A DNA stretch of 60,199 bases, the filler included, from a candidate division WOR-3 bacterium (GTDB lineage: Bacteria; SDB-A): assembly GCA_016934535.1 (NCBI GenBank). It is 6 parts of 6 records of this genome, joined end to end, with 100 filler letters (N's around TTAATTAATTAA, not from the genome) between each part and the next. Parts side by side here need not be neighbours in the genome. Positions count along the whole stretch, not along the records: positions 40,634 to 53,023 come from JAFGSQ010000039.1; positions 53,124 to 60,199 come from JAFGSQ010000040.1; 4 more parts are not named here. The stretch is one strand, 5' to 3'. Each line of letters opens with the position of its first letter. The stretch's first letter is position 1. Positions 46,483-55,835 of this stretch are shown here, piece after piece. The notes beneath the pieces were generated by a model. It was not told the DNA's origin. It was given only the letters and a program-made list of their open reading frames with translations, and did no database searches. The translations under genes and the position numbers were made by a program.

Positions 46483-46896
46483 TTGAAGTGCTCGACACGC
46501 TGGAAAAAAAACATGGCTTTCGAAGCCCGATCAGGCGATCATGAAATCCTTATGGACTCGTCAGAAAATTTCGGAGGCGAAAACAGCGGACCAAGCCCGA
46601 AAACGCTTCTTCTTGCGGGCCTAACCGGATGCAGCGGAATGGATGTCGTTTCCATACTTGCCAAGATGAAAGTCTCGGGCTACGAACTTCAGATAGACTG
46701 CTCGACCGAAGTGACCGAAGAGCATCCAAAGGTTTTCAGGGAAATTTTTCTAAAATATGTCTTTACCGGAAAAAACCTTCCCGAGGACAAGCTGACAAAA
46801 GCAGTCGACATGTCTCTCTCCAAATACTGCGGCGTAGCCGCCATGCTCTCAAAAAACTCGGAAATCCTTCGTGAAATAGAGATCCGATCTTCCTGA
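46483..46896 (+). CDS. OsmC/Ohr-family (YhfA-like) protein
   Basis: GPSPKTLLLAGL.GCSGMDVVSIL.KM, EEHPKVF, SLSKYCGV. Confidence 0.9.
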   Translation: MKCSTRWKKNMAFEARSGDHEILMDSSENFGGENSGPSPKTLLLAGLTGCSGMDVVSILAKMKVSGYELQIDCSTEVTEEHPKVFREIFLKYVFTGKNLPEDKLTKAVDMSLSKYCGVAAMLSKNSEILREIEIRSS

Positions 46897-47009
46897 AATG
46901 TGACGTTCGAGTTTATTTAGCCGAGTACTTTATCCTTTTGATGCGATAGATTTCATAATATATCCTCACTAACATAACAAGCTGATCAAAATCCGGTTAC
47001 CGGCGATTC

Positions 47010-48131
47010 CTAGAATCTTGGTGTAATATCTTCAGTGTCCTGTTTTTTATCTTGATCCAGAGGTAAGTGTATTATATCGTTTCCTAACTCAGAAAAATCA
47101 AGTTCATTAAGATATAAAACTCTTACGCGGCGGTTGTGTTGAGTGTGGTAATATAGTACTCGCTCGGATAAATCCCACGCCGTTGTCCATATAGTTGAAC
47201 TCCGCATGCCTTCTTTGCCCAACGATCCGTCTGAGCCTTCGGATGCTCCCAGAGGTATATTAAAATTGTCTAAAATTCTGAACAGTTCATATACTGTTTC
47301 CGCGGAATTATCAGTAGACCGTGACGTCTGGGACCATGCAACCGCACGTACGAATCGTGATGGAGGAGTATTGTCGCCGGGTAATCCGATCATACCACTG
47401 CCTCCTCCCAAAGGAGCGAAATCAATACCTTCAATGCTTTTATCGGGAAGCGCTACGGGCGACAGATTTACGTAATTTCGCAGATTTGTCATGTGCCAGT
47501 CATATGTTGGCCCGTTTGTTATGACACCTAAAGGATTTTCAAAGATCCTTGCTTCGCCTTCGCTAAACTCTATAACTATGGATTTTCCGCTTGCGTCCGT
47601 CACCATCCAATGCGCGTATACAGACATGCCGATAGCTTCTTCTGTTACAGACACCACTCTGACTTCGTTTATCCCGCTTCTGACTTCATCAGTCGTCGCA
47701 AATTGACTGAGAATATAGTTCGTCAGGTCTATCGCTGTTATCGTAATACCGGCAAGATCCTTTTCAAATATCGGGTATTCGGCAAAGCCTGCGTGATAGA
47801 ACAGACCTACGGCCAGCCCTCTTTCGTTCATTCCGTCGGCAAGATAATCTCTTCCCATCATATCCAGCCCGACATAACCGTACTTTGCTTGCCATTCTCT
47901 GCCATTAAATCCTTCCGGAGTCAGCCCGGTAAATGAATATCCCCTGGGTACGATAATGACTCGTGATTGCAAATCAAACTTACCCCACTCCATGGTCCGT
48001 CCGTAAACGACGCTCTCATCCATTGCAATCAGTCTTATGCCGGTACAAGCGTAAGCAGGATTAATTCTTCCGCAGATTAATGTTATGATCATCGTGGCAT
48101 AGAGTAATAATGTTTTGTTGCCTGTTCTCAC
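47010..48131 (-). CDS. secreted choloylglycine hydrolase / penicillin V acylase family Ntn-hydrolase
   Basis: Signal peptide ending AYA then nucleophile CTG; GRTME, DGMNE.GL, TNGP, GLPGD.TPPSRF. Confidence 0.92.
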   Translation of the reverse strand: MRTGNKTLLLYATMIITLICGRINPAYACTGIRLIAMDESVVYGRTMEWGKFDLQSRVIIVPRGYSFTGLTPEGFNGREWQAKYGYVGLDMMGRDYLADGMNERGLAVGLFYHAGFAEYPIFEKDLAGITITAIDLTNYILSQFATTDEVRSGINEVRVVSVTEEAIGMSVYAHWMVTDASGKSIVIEFSEGEARIFENPLGVITNGPTYDWHMTNLRNYVNLSPVALPDKSIEGIDFAPLGGGSGMIGLPGDNTPPSRFVRAVAWSQTSRSTDNSAETVYELFRILDNFNIPLGASEGSDGSLGKEGMRSSTIWTTAWDLSERVLYYHTQHNRRVRVLYLNELDFSELGNDIIHLPLDQDKKQDTEDITPRF

Positions 48132-48247
48132 TTTTCACCTCTTTGTTTTTCCTTAAAACATATCAGTTTTATCTGGGGCAAACAATCCCGTGCTGAGATA
48201 TTTTTCACTTGAACCTTGTAATATCACTACTACCGTGATTTTTCACC

Positions 48248-48901
48248 TTAATTCAACAATCTTTTTATTATTCTTTCAATAAAATCCATTTTTCTAGGCA
48301 CATTGTGTCCGGAGAGAATGAGTTCTGGTTTCAAAGAAAGATATTTTTCAAGGGCTCCCATGTATTCTTCAATTCCCGTTTCCAGATCAGGAACAATGTT
48401 TTCGTCGTCGTCTCCGATGTTATCTCCGACGAACAATATTTTTTCTTTCTCAAAGTAAACGCTTATCCCGTCGTTCGTGTGCCCCGGAGAATAAAACATC
48501 AAAACGCCGTCTTTTATTAAACGTAATTCACTGTCGAAAAGGACATCCGGTGATTTTTTTTCTGTTCTTCCACAGACGAATCTCCTGTTGGTCTCGAGCA
48601 TTCCTTCATATTTTTCGTCAATATTTTTTAAAATCTTTTCGTGAGCTATAATATCATTATCATAAAACTCATAATTTCCCCAGATGTGATCCCAATGATA
48701 ATGAGTGTTAAGCACTGTGACCGGTTTTGACTTGTCTGTACAACCGGAAAGTATGTTTGCGCTTTCTGAACCAAAACCCGTGTCTATTATGTAATTGTTC
48801 TTCTCAGTTTTCAAAACGTAGCAATTGGTAGGGCATCCAGGTATGACATGCTGAACGATAGTGGTAACACTGTCGGATATATTAATCATTTCATAATTCA
48901 T
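48248..48901 (-). CDS. metallo-beta-lactamase fold hydrolase
   Basis: IDTG, THYHWDH, PGHT, GD, GH. Confidence 0.92.
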   Translation of the reverse strand: MNYEMINISDSVTTIVQHVIPGCPTNCYVLKTEKNNYIIDTGFGSESANILSGCTDKSKPVTVLNTHYHWDHIWGNYEFYDNDIIAHEKILKNIDEKYEGMLETNRRFVCGRTEKKSPDVLFDSELRLIKDGVLMFYSPGHTNDGISVYFEKEKILFVGDNIGDDDENIVPDLETGIEEYMGALEKYLSLKPELILSGHNVPRKMDFIERIIKRLLN

Positions 48902-49127
48902 AGAATCCGCCTTTCAGTTATCCCAGCAACACGTCGTCATAGTTGCCCCCGGAGATAACAATTTAAACATCTTTTATTTTCGACTACATTGAAAAGCGCA
49001 TTTCACGATAGTAATTGTCAAAGTCTCGATCTTTTATCTACTTTAACACCGCTAATACAAGAATTCATATCACAAGCCGGCGACAAAATTATGGCTTATA
49101 AATTCCCGGTTATCAGATAAATCGGAA

Positions 49128-49667
49128 TCATGCTTTCAAACCTCGTCCCGCCATAATTTCCGTAAGTTTATCGTATAGTTCGTCAGGTCCGCATTTCAGT
49201 GAAAGGACTGAAATCCTGAAAGGAGTTCCATAAGTTTTCTCGTTTGATTTCAAAAAATACCTGTTAATCGGATTCGCTTTCCCGATGTATTCCTGGGGAT
49301 TGTAAACATGTATCAACACCAGTTTCTCCTTGCCTATTAGTTTAATTTCTATTAATTTTATGTCTCTCCATTTAATTAGATGACCGCTTGCAAAATTTGA
49401 TCTGTCGAATATTCCGTTTTTATCCATCACCAGTCCCGGGTTGGTGTCGAGAGCTCTGTTCAAACCGTAAATACATAATGCTCCGCCGAAACTCAGGATA
49501 GTGAAAGCGGCAATCCTTACGTGCTCAGGATTCACAGGATAAAATTTTTCCAAATCCGACCAAAGTCCGATTCCGATAGGGATCAAAAAACATGAAACGA
49601 ATATGGCTGCGATGGCTTTTGTTTTTTCTTTTTTGATTACAATCTCACCTTTTACTTCTTTGATCAT
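49128..49667 (-). CDS. STM3941-like membrane protein
   Basis: GGAGGA RBS before ATG 49667; two TMs; PGLV....GI.D, IKW.DI, YGTP..IS...LK. Confidence 0.72.
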   Translation of the reverse strand: MIKEVKGEIVIKKEKTKAIAAIFVSCFLIPIGIGLWSDLEKFYPVNPEHVRIAAFTILSFGGALCIYGLNRALDTNPGLVMDKNGIFDRSNFASGHLIKWRDIKLIEIKLIGKEKLVLIHVYNPQEYIGKANPINRYFLKSNEKTYGTPFRISVLSLKCGPDELYDKLTEIMAGRGLKA

Positions 49668-49817
49668 AATTTCCTCCATCCGATCATATTTTATATCTTG
49701 CATTTTATAGTGGCAATGAACATAGTAAAATAAAGAGGCATAATACATCGATGATGTCCTCAATACTTAATTCCGCATAGAAGAAAAGAATCAAAAGTTT
49801 TTTTATCAAAATTGCTA

Positions 49818-49856
49818 TTGACAAAACACGTTTTTATTGTTAGATTTAACTAACAA
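49818..49856 (+). promoter_or_regulatory. sigma70 promoter overlapped by DtxR/MntR-type operator
   Basis: TTGACA (49818-23), 17 nt, TAGATT; palindrome TTGTTAG-N6-CTAACAA (49837-56). Confidence 0.75.
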
Positions 49857-49866
49857 GAGGTGAACT

Positions 49867-50301
49867 ATGAAAAATAAATTAACATCTAATATGGAAGATT
49901 ACCTGGAAGCAATTTTGGACTTAATGAATAAAGAGAAAACAGTCCGCGTCACTGATGTCAGCAAAATACTTAATGTAAAAAAGCCCTCTGTTAATTCTGC
50001 CGTCAGAAAACTTAAATCTCTTAAATTAGTAAACCAGGAAAGATACGACAAAATATTCCTTACAGAAAAAGGCAAAAAAGAAGCCGAAAAAATAAAACAC
50101 AAACACGATGTGCTGTTGAACTTTTTAAGTGAATATCTCGGAGTGCCGAAAGAAACCGCCGTTGAAGAAGCCTGCAAGATCGAACACACCATCAGCAACG
50201 ACACCCTCGAAAGAATTTCGGACTTTGTTGAATTTTTAGATAAATCCGAGTTTTTCGTTAAAAATGAATGGCGATCAAAACCAAACCATGAAATCGTTTA
50301 G
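49867..50301 (+). CDS. DtxR/MntR-family metal-dependent repressor
   Basis: MEDYLEAI, VKKPSV, LTEKGK, EEACKIEH. Confidence 0.93.
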   Translation: MKNKLTSNMEDYLEAILDLMNKEKTVRVTDVSKILNVKKPSVNSAVRKLKSLKLVNQERYDKIFLTEKGKKEAEKIKHKHDVLLNFLSEYLGVPKETAVEEACKIEHTISNDTLERISDFVEFLDKSEFFVKNEWRSKPNHEIV

Positions 50302-50347
50302 ACCATCGGATTTTTTCGGTGTTCCGAAATTATGTTACGGAGGGACA

Positions 50348-50593
50348 ATGAAAACTCGCAGTGATGAAATTTTCCCTCTGATTCTCGCCAAAGAAGGAGA
50401 ATCTCTTATAATCAGCGATATAAGAGGGGGAAAGTTTTTCAAGGATAAGTGCATAAGCATGGGTATCATACCCGGCGTTAAAATAGAGATATCAAATAAC
50501 AGCAGGGGGGGGCCCTGCCTTATGAAAATAGGCGATTCCCGTATAATTATCGGAGGCGGGATGATGCACAGAATTTTTGTTAAGAGAACGTGA
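50348..50593 (+). CDS. feoA: ferrous iron transport protein A
   Basis: SMGIIPGVKI, GP...IGDSRIIIG.GM...IFV; GGAGG RBS; upstream of feoB. Confidence 0.9.
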   Translation: MKTRSDEIFPLILAKEGESLIISDIRGGKFFKDKCISMGIIPGVKIEISNNSRGGPCLMKIGDSRIIIGGGMMHRIFVKRT

Positions 50594-50622
50594 CCTCAAT
50601 CGATCTTTTTACTGCCTGAGTC

Positions 50623-52935
50623 ATGGAAATAGCCACAGTAGCCCTGATGGGGATTCCCAATTGCGGAAAAACGACCGTATTCAACGCTTTGACCGGCGGC
50701 AATGTCAAAACCGGAAACTGGCCTGGAGTTACAGTCGAAAAAAGAGAAGGAAAACTTAAACGCGACGACAGTTCGGATCTTTCCCAAAAAGAAATAACCG
50801 TTGTGGATCTTCCGGGTACATATTCATTGTCAGCCCTTTCTGAAGATGAAAAAGTTGCAAGAGATTACGCATTGAGCGGTGAACCTTCCTTGATACTCAA
50901 CATACTTGACGGCTCCAACCTTGAAAGAAGCCTCTATCTGACGGCTCAGATAATCGAGATGAAAGTCCCTCTTGTGGTTGCAGTCAACATGACTGACGTC
51001 GCCGAAAGGCACAAGATAAATATCGACCTCAAAGAGCTTTCCAAACAATTGTCCGTACCGGTCATAGGTATAAGCGCTCTTCGAAAATGCGACATCGCTT
51101 TTCTAAAAAAAATGCTGAAAGACAATATCGAAAATAAAATCGTAACTGGATCGCGCATTGAATATCCGAACGAAATTGAATCCGCTGTTTTTCAGTGGCA
51201 GAAAAAATCCGGCTTGATTGCTGAAGAAACCGGTATAAATGCGAGGTGGCTCAGCATAAAACTCCTCGAAGACGACAGCTGGGTGAAAAATAAGTTTTTA
51301 GAAAAGAGTGTATTAACAGACGATGAAATCAAATACACCAGACAAAAAATTGAAGGGATTCTGGGTGATTCGATAGAGATGGTTTTTGCCGATTACAGAT
51401 ACGGATTTATTCACGGTATTTGCCGGAGTGTAATACAAAGGATTGCTCAGAGGATTTCAAACACCGAAAAAATTGACAAAATTGTTTTGAACAGATATTT
51501 GAAAATCCCGATCTTCCTGACGGTTATGTATGTTATTTTCTGGGCGACAATAACATTCGGCGGAGCTTTCACGGATTTCTTTGACATAATATCCGGAACT
51601 ATTTTTGTTGAAGGATTCGGTTTTCTTCTTGAAAAAGCTGGTTCTCCGATTTGGCTTAAAATAATTCTCGCCGACGGTATAGGAGGAGGCATCCAGACCG
51701 TATCCACTTTTATTCCAATTCTGTTTTTTATGTACGTTATGTTTGCGGTGCTCGAAGACAGCGGATATATGGCGAGAGCCGCTTTTGTAATGGACAGATT
51801 CATGAGTAAAATAGGACTTCCCGGAAAGGCTTTCGTACCGCTTGTGGTAGGCTTTGGATGCACGGTTCCGGCTGTCCTCGCGGCGAGGACTCTGGAAAAC
51901 AAAAAAGACAGAATGATGACCATTTTTTTAGCTCCTCTGATGTCTTGTGGAGCGAAAATGCCGGTTTACGCGCTCTTTACGGCTGCATTTTTTCCTGACA
52001 ACACCGGACTCATTGTCGTTTCGTTTTACGCTATCGGAATAATTGTCGCAGTCATAACTGGCCTCCTCCTGAAAAACACTCTTTTCAGAAAACATCATTC
52101 ATATTTCGTAATGGAACTTCCCACATATCACGCTCCCAGACCCAAGCACATTCTGTTTCACACATGGATGAGACTTAAATCATTTATTTTAAAAGCCGGT
52201 CAGATAATTGTAATCGCCGTCGCAATCTTAACATTCATAAATTCCATCGGAACTGACGGCTCGATCGGGAATAAAAACACCGACAAATCAGTTCTCGCAT
52301 TCTTCGGCAAAACAATAACTCCGCTGTTTTCACCCATGGGTATAGAGAAAGACAACTGGCCCGCAACCGTAGGTCTTCTAATGGGGATTTTCGCTAAAGA
52401 ATCCGTTGTCGGAACACTCAATTCCCTGTACGGACAGATGTCGGCTTCCGACGTGTATGAAAACGAAACAGAGGTTCCATATCCCGGTATTGCGGGAAAT
52501 ATAAAAGAAGCTTTTGTTTCAATTCCCGACAACATCTCGAAAATTTTTCTTCCTTTTTACAAAGCATTCGACAAAAGCGCACAATCGAGCGGCAATGGAA
52601 ATGAGCGTGAGAATAAGGTTTTCGGGCTGATGGGTGAATATTTCGAAAAAGGTAAACCTCAGGCCTACGCTTATCTGCTTTTCGTGCTTTTGTATTTCCC
52701 TTGTGTCTCGGCTTTCGGTGTCATAGTTAGAGAAAGCGGCTGGCTTTTTGGAATCGTTAGCGCGGTTTATCTCACTTCATTGGCTTGGATAATTTCCACT
52801 CTTTTCTATCAGCTTACTACCGGACATAATTTTTTGTGGATCGGTTTGGCTTTTACATTGACGGGATTGATAGCACTGTTTTTCATTATCCTGCGACGAG
52901 CAAAGATGTTCAGAACTGAAACGTCAGCTGAATGA
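50623..52935 (+). CDS. feoB: ferrous iron transport protein B
   Basis: GIPNCGKTT, GNWPGVTVE, DLPGTYSL, NMTD, LEDSGYMARAAF, GFGCTVPA, FVMELP.Y, YFPC. Confidence 0.97.
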   Translation: MEIATVALMGIPNCGKTTVFNALTGGNVKTGNWPGVTVEKREGKLKRDDSSDLSQKEITVVDLPGTYSLSALSEDEKVARDYALSGEPSLILNILDGSNLERSLYLTAQIIEMKVPLVVAVNMTDVAERHKINIDLKELSKQLSVPVIGISALRKCDIAFLKKMLKDNIENKIVTGSRIEYPNEIESAVFQWQKKSGLIAEETGINARWLSIKLLEDDSWVKNKFLEKSVLTDDEIKYTRQKIEGILGDSIEMVFADYRYGFIHGICRSVIQRIAQRISNTEKIDKIVLNRYLKIPIFLTVMYVIFWATITFGGAFTDFFDIISGTIFVEGFGFLLEKAGSPIWLKIILADGIGGGIQTVSTFIPILFFMYVMFAVLEDSGYMARAAFVMDRFMSKIGLPGKAFVPLVVGFGCTVPAVLAARTLENKKDRMMTIFLAPLMSCGAKMPVYALFTAAFFPDNTGLIVVSFYAIGIIVAVITGLLLKNTLFRKHHSYFVMELPTYHAPRPKHILFHTWMRLKSFILKAGQIIVIAVAILTFINSIGTDGSIGNKNTDKSVLAFFGKTITPLFSPMGIEKDNWPATVGLLMGIFAKESVVGTLNSLYGQMSASDVYENETEVPYPGIAGNIKEAFVSIPDNISKIFLPFYKAFDKSAQSSGNGNERENKVFGLMGEYFEKGKPQAYAYLLFVLLYFPCVSAFGVIVRESGWLFGIVSAVYLTSLAWIISTLFYQLTTGHNFLWIGLAFTLTGLIALFFIILRRAKMFRTETSAE

Positions 52936-52936
52936 A

Positions 52937-53010
52937 TGGAGGTGACCGGATTCGAACCGGAGACCTCCTGCGTGCAAGGCAGGCGCTCTAGCCAACTGAG
53001 CTACACCCCC
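52937..53010 (-). tRNA. tRNA-Ala(TGC), CCA not encoded
   Basis: GGGGGTGTAGCTCAGTTGGCTAGAGCG-CCTGC CT TGC AC GCAGG-AGGTCTCCGGTTCGAATCCGGTCACCTCCA; G3:U70. Confidence 0.96.
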
Positions 53011-53023
53011 ATAGAGATTTTAA

Positions 53024-53123
53024 NNNNNNNNNNNNNNNNNNNNNNNNNNNNNNNNNNNNNNNNNNNNTTAATTAATTAANNNNNNNNNNNNNNNNNNNNN
53101 NNNNNNNNNNNNNNNNNNNNNNN
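53024..53123. other. artificial contig linker
   Basis: N-run with TTAATTAATTAA. Confidence 0.99.
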
Positions 53124-53205
53124 TCATCTTCTTGTTTATCTTCAGTCCGTCCGATAGACTCTTGAGAAACAGCGCTTCGTCGTCAACTATCAGTACTTTG
53201 CTCAT
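53124..53205 (-). CDS. 5' part of response regulator receiver protein (truncated by gap)
   Basis: MSKVLIVDDEALFLKSLSDGLKINKKM. Confidence 0.8.
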
Positions 53206-53217
53206 GTGGCTGGAATA

Positions 53218-53233
53218 AGCAACAACTGTGCCA
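53218..53233 (-). promoter_or_regulatory. sigma54 (-24/-12) promoter
   Basis: TGGCAC-AGTTG-TTGCT, exact consensus match, directly downstream of a GAFTGA-containing activator gene. Confidence 0.85.
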
Positions 53234-53448
53234 CGAAAAAGTTATATATATCGTTCTATATATTGTTAGTTGTATAAAATGCTAAACAAGTTTTAGATAA
53301 AATATGATTATACCGTTCAATATTACCCAATCATTTTGAACTCGCTGATTTTTATGAAAATATAAATGAAGCAAAAAAACAGAGACAAAAACACTTTATC
53401 CCGAACAAGTAAAATTCTCTAATAATCAGGATTCAGTCAGTTTTTAAT

Positions 53449-54792
53449 TTACAATGAATTGTAACTCTTTAATTTTCTTTTAAGAGTTGAAAGCGAAATT
53501 CCAAGATCTCTCGCTGTTTTTGATATATTCCGTTCATTGTAATTGAAAATTTTGATTATGTGTTCTTTTTCAATTTGATCCAGTATTGCGATGCCTTTGA
53601 ACAATTCTTTTTTAATCTCATCTTTTTCATTTTCTTTTTGAGAGAACAATATTTTTGATGGTTCAACTTCCTGTCCATCAGCGATTATCATCGCTCTCTC
53701 AATAACATTTCTAAGTTCCCTTATGTTTCCGTCCCAATCGTACCTGCACAAGAGAGATTTCTGCTCTTCTGAAATCCTGTAATACTTTCCTTTCGAGAGG
53801 TTTTTAACAAAATAATCTGCCAGATCAACAATGTCGTCTTTTCTTTCTCTCAGCGGGGACAGATGAATCCTCAGGACATTGAGTCTGTAATAGAGGTCTT
53901 TTCTGAAAACATTTTTCGAAGAGTTGCCGTCTATGTCCGAATTTGTTGCCGCAATGATCCTGGCTTCGGTTTTTCTTGTCACTACGTCTCCTATCCTCCT
54001 GACCCTCTTTTCTTCTATGACGCCGAGGAGTTTTGACTGAAGGGCAAGCGGCATCTCGCCTATTTCGTCGAGCAGTAATGTGCCCTCGTGAGCTACTTCG
54101 AACAGACCTTTTTTATCCTTGTCGGCTCCCGTAAAAGCGCCTTTTTTATATCCAAACAGCTCCGCTTCTACGAGATTTTCGGGCAGGGCAGCGCAGTTCA
54201 CACTTACAAATGGCCCTCTTTTCCGGCTTTTTTTATGTATAATTTTGGCTATGAGCGTTTTCCCTGTTCCGGTTTCCCCTGTTATCAGTACGGGGGAATC
54301 CGATCTCGCGGCAATCTCTATGAGTTCGTCTGTTTTGGATTTGGACATGGAAGATCCGATGAATTCAAGGCCGTCTTCTTCTTTTTGTTTAAGATATTTG
54401 AGGTCTTCAAGTCCCCGTTCCAGGTCCAGTTGTTTTAAACTTTTTTCAAGAGCGAAAGTGAGTTCTTTGAAATTCACCGGCTTGGAAACATACCAGAAAG
54501 CTCCGACTTCTATAGCTTTCATTGCGTTCTCAAAACTCGGAAAAGCCGTTGAAAAAATTATTTTCGTTTTCTCGTTGTTTTTAAGTATTTTTTCGCAAAT
54601 TGTGTACCCTTCGACGTCGGGAAGTTTCTGATCGAGTATGACAACATCAATTATCTCTTTCGAACAGATTTCGAGACCTTCTCTTCCCGTCGTTGCGGTT
54701 AGCACTTCCATTCCTCTGACTCGGAAATGGTCGCAAAGCGACATGAGGAATATTTCGTCGTCGTCTATTACAAGAAGGGTTCTTTTATCCAA
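53449..54792 (-). CDS. NtrC/AtoC-family sigma54-dependent response regulator
   Basis: Receiver (IDDD, LDQKLP), GETGTGKT, GAFTGA, LLDEIGE, DLYYRL, GNIRELRN, Fis-type HTH. Confidence 0.96.
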   Translation of the reverse strand: MDKRTLLVIDDDEIFLMSLCDHFRVRGMEVLTATTGREGLEICSKEIIDVVILDQKLPDVEGYTICEKILKNNEKTKIIFSTAFPSFENAMKAIEVGAFWYVSKPVNFKELTFALEKSLKQLDLERGLEDLKYLKQKEEDGLEFIGSSMSKSKTDELIEIAARSDSPVLITGETGTGKTLIAKIIHKKSRKRGPFVSVNCAALPENLVEAELFGYKKGAFTGADKDKKGLFEVAHEGTLLLDEIGEMPLALQSKLLGVIEEKRVRRIGDVVTRKTEARIIAATNSDIDGNSSKNVFRKDLYYRLNVLRIHLSPLRERKDDIVDLADYFVKNLSKGKYYRISEEQKSLLCRYDWDGNIRELRNVIERAMIIADGQEVEPSKILFSQKENEKDEIKKELFKGIAILDQIEKEHIIKIFNYNERNISKTARDLGISLSTLKRKLKSYNSL

Positions 54793-54798
54793 TCTTCC

Positions 54799-55791
54799 TC
54801 AAGTGCTTTTTGGTATGTAAATCATTACTTCTGTTCCCCTTTCCAGGCTTCTCATATCTATAGTGCCGCCCATTTTGACAAGAAGGTTCTTCACTATTGT
54901 CAAGCCCATTCCGGTCCCTTTAGGTTTTGTCGTGTAAAACGGGAAAAAGATCTTTCCTCTCTGCTCTTCTCCGATCCCTATTCCGTTGTCTTTTACGGAA
55001 ATACCGATTTTCGATCCGGCGCTCGAGACGTCAATATTAATTTCAGGATTGTCAATATCAAAAACCGCATCCATCGCATTAGTCAAGACGTTGAGAAGTA
55101 CGTGCTGAAGAGCTCTCATGTCGGTCATGGCAAAAATCAGGGGCGCTTTGTAACTCACTTTGTATTCGATTTTTCTTTTTAGAAGATCAGATTCTATTAG
55201 TTTCGTGAATTTATCGAAAAACGGCCTCATGTTGACGGATTGTATATTCAGGTCTTCATATGCGTTGAACACTTTGAACATCCTCAGGAGGTATTCGATT
55301 CTGTTTATTTCAGTCAAAATACTCTCGAGATATTCCAATACTTTTTCCTGCGAAAAATCCTGAATGTTGTCTTTTAAAACGCTGGAGATTGTTTTTATTG
55401 AATTTAACGGGTTTCCAACCTCGTGGGAAAATCCTGTGAATATATAACCGATGTTGTCCATTGTCGCCGTGGCTTCGGCGATTTTTTGAAGCCTCTCCTT
55501 CTCTGTGATGTCGTTGAGGAGAATTGCCGCGTGCTGTTTTGGCATCGAATAGACTGTGTAGCCCAGAATCATCTCACCGACGTAAGCTTTTCTCTGAATT
55601 TTTTCGGTTCTCGACAAATTGTGTTCGCCTAGTCCGAGAATTTTGAGCAAAGGTGCATATTCGGAGGCGTTGAGAACATTCGCCGCGTAAGTGTTTATGA
55701 GAAGAGTTTTTTTTGTCGGTATATCCAGCAAGACAAAACCCGTGTCCATTTTCTCTATTATCTCGAAACATTCTCTGTTGTCTAAATCCAT
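54799..55791 (-). CDS. cytoplasmic sensor histidine kinase
   Basis: HEVGNPL H-box, N-box, DNGIGI, FYTTK..GTGMGL; PAS-like N-terminus, no TM. Confidence 0.93.
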   Translation of the reverse strand: MDLDNRECFEIIEKMDTGFVLLDIPTKKTLLINTYAANVLNASEYAPLLKILGLGEHNLSRTEKIQRKAYVGEMILGYTVYSMPKQHAAILLNDITEKERLQKIAEATATMDNIGYIFTGFSHEVGNPLNSIKTISSVLKDNIQDFSQEKVLEYLESILTEINRIEYLLRMFKVFNAYEDLNIQSVNMRPFFDKFTKLIESDLLKRKIEYKVSYKAPLIFAMTDMRALQHVLLNVLTNAMDAVFDIDNPEINIDVSSAGSKIGISVKDNGIGIGEEQRGKIFFPFYTTKPKGTGMGLTIVKNLLVKMGGTIDMRSLERGTEVMIYIPKST

Positions 55792-55835
55792 TAGAGTACT
55801 CCGTTTATTTACAATTTATCACAAATTCATCAACT

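Noticed and set aside
46990-47002. AATCCGGTTACC resembles the tRNA-Ala 3' end (possible att site)
   Set aside because: Short, mismatched and in the wrong orientation for a direct repeat
46897-49760. Co-oriented accessory genes with intergenic hairpins resembling integron cassettes
   Set aside because: Candidate RYYYAAC/GTTRRRY ends are imperfect and not complementary, one is too short, and there is no integrase
13145-53123. Recurrent TTAATTAATTAA motif flanked by Ns (five copies)
   Set aside because: Artificial contig linker, not a biological repeat
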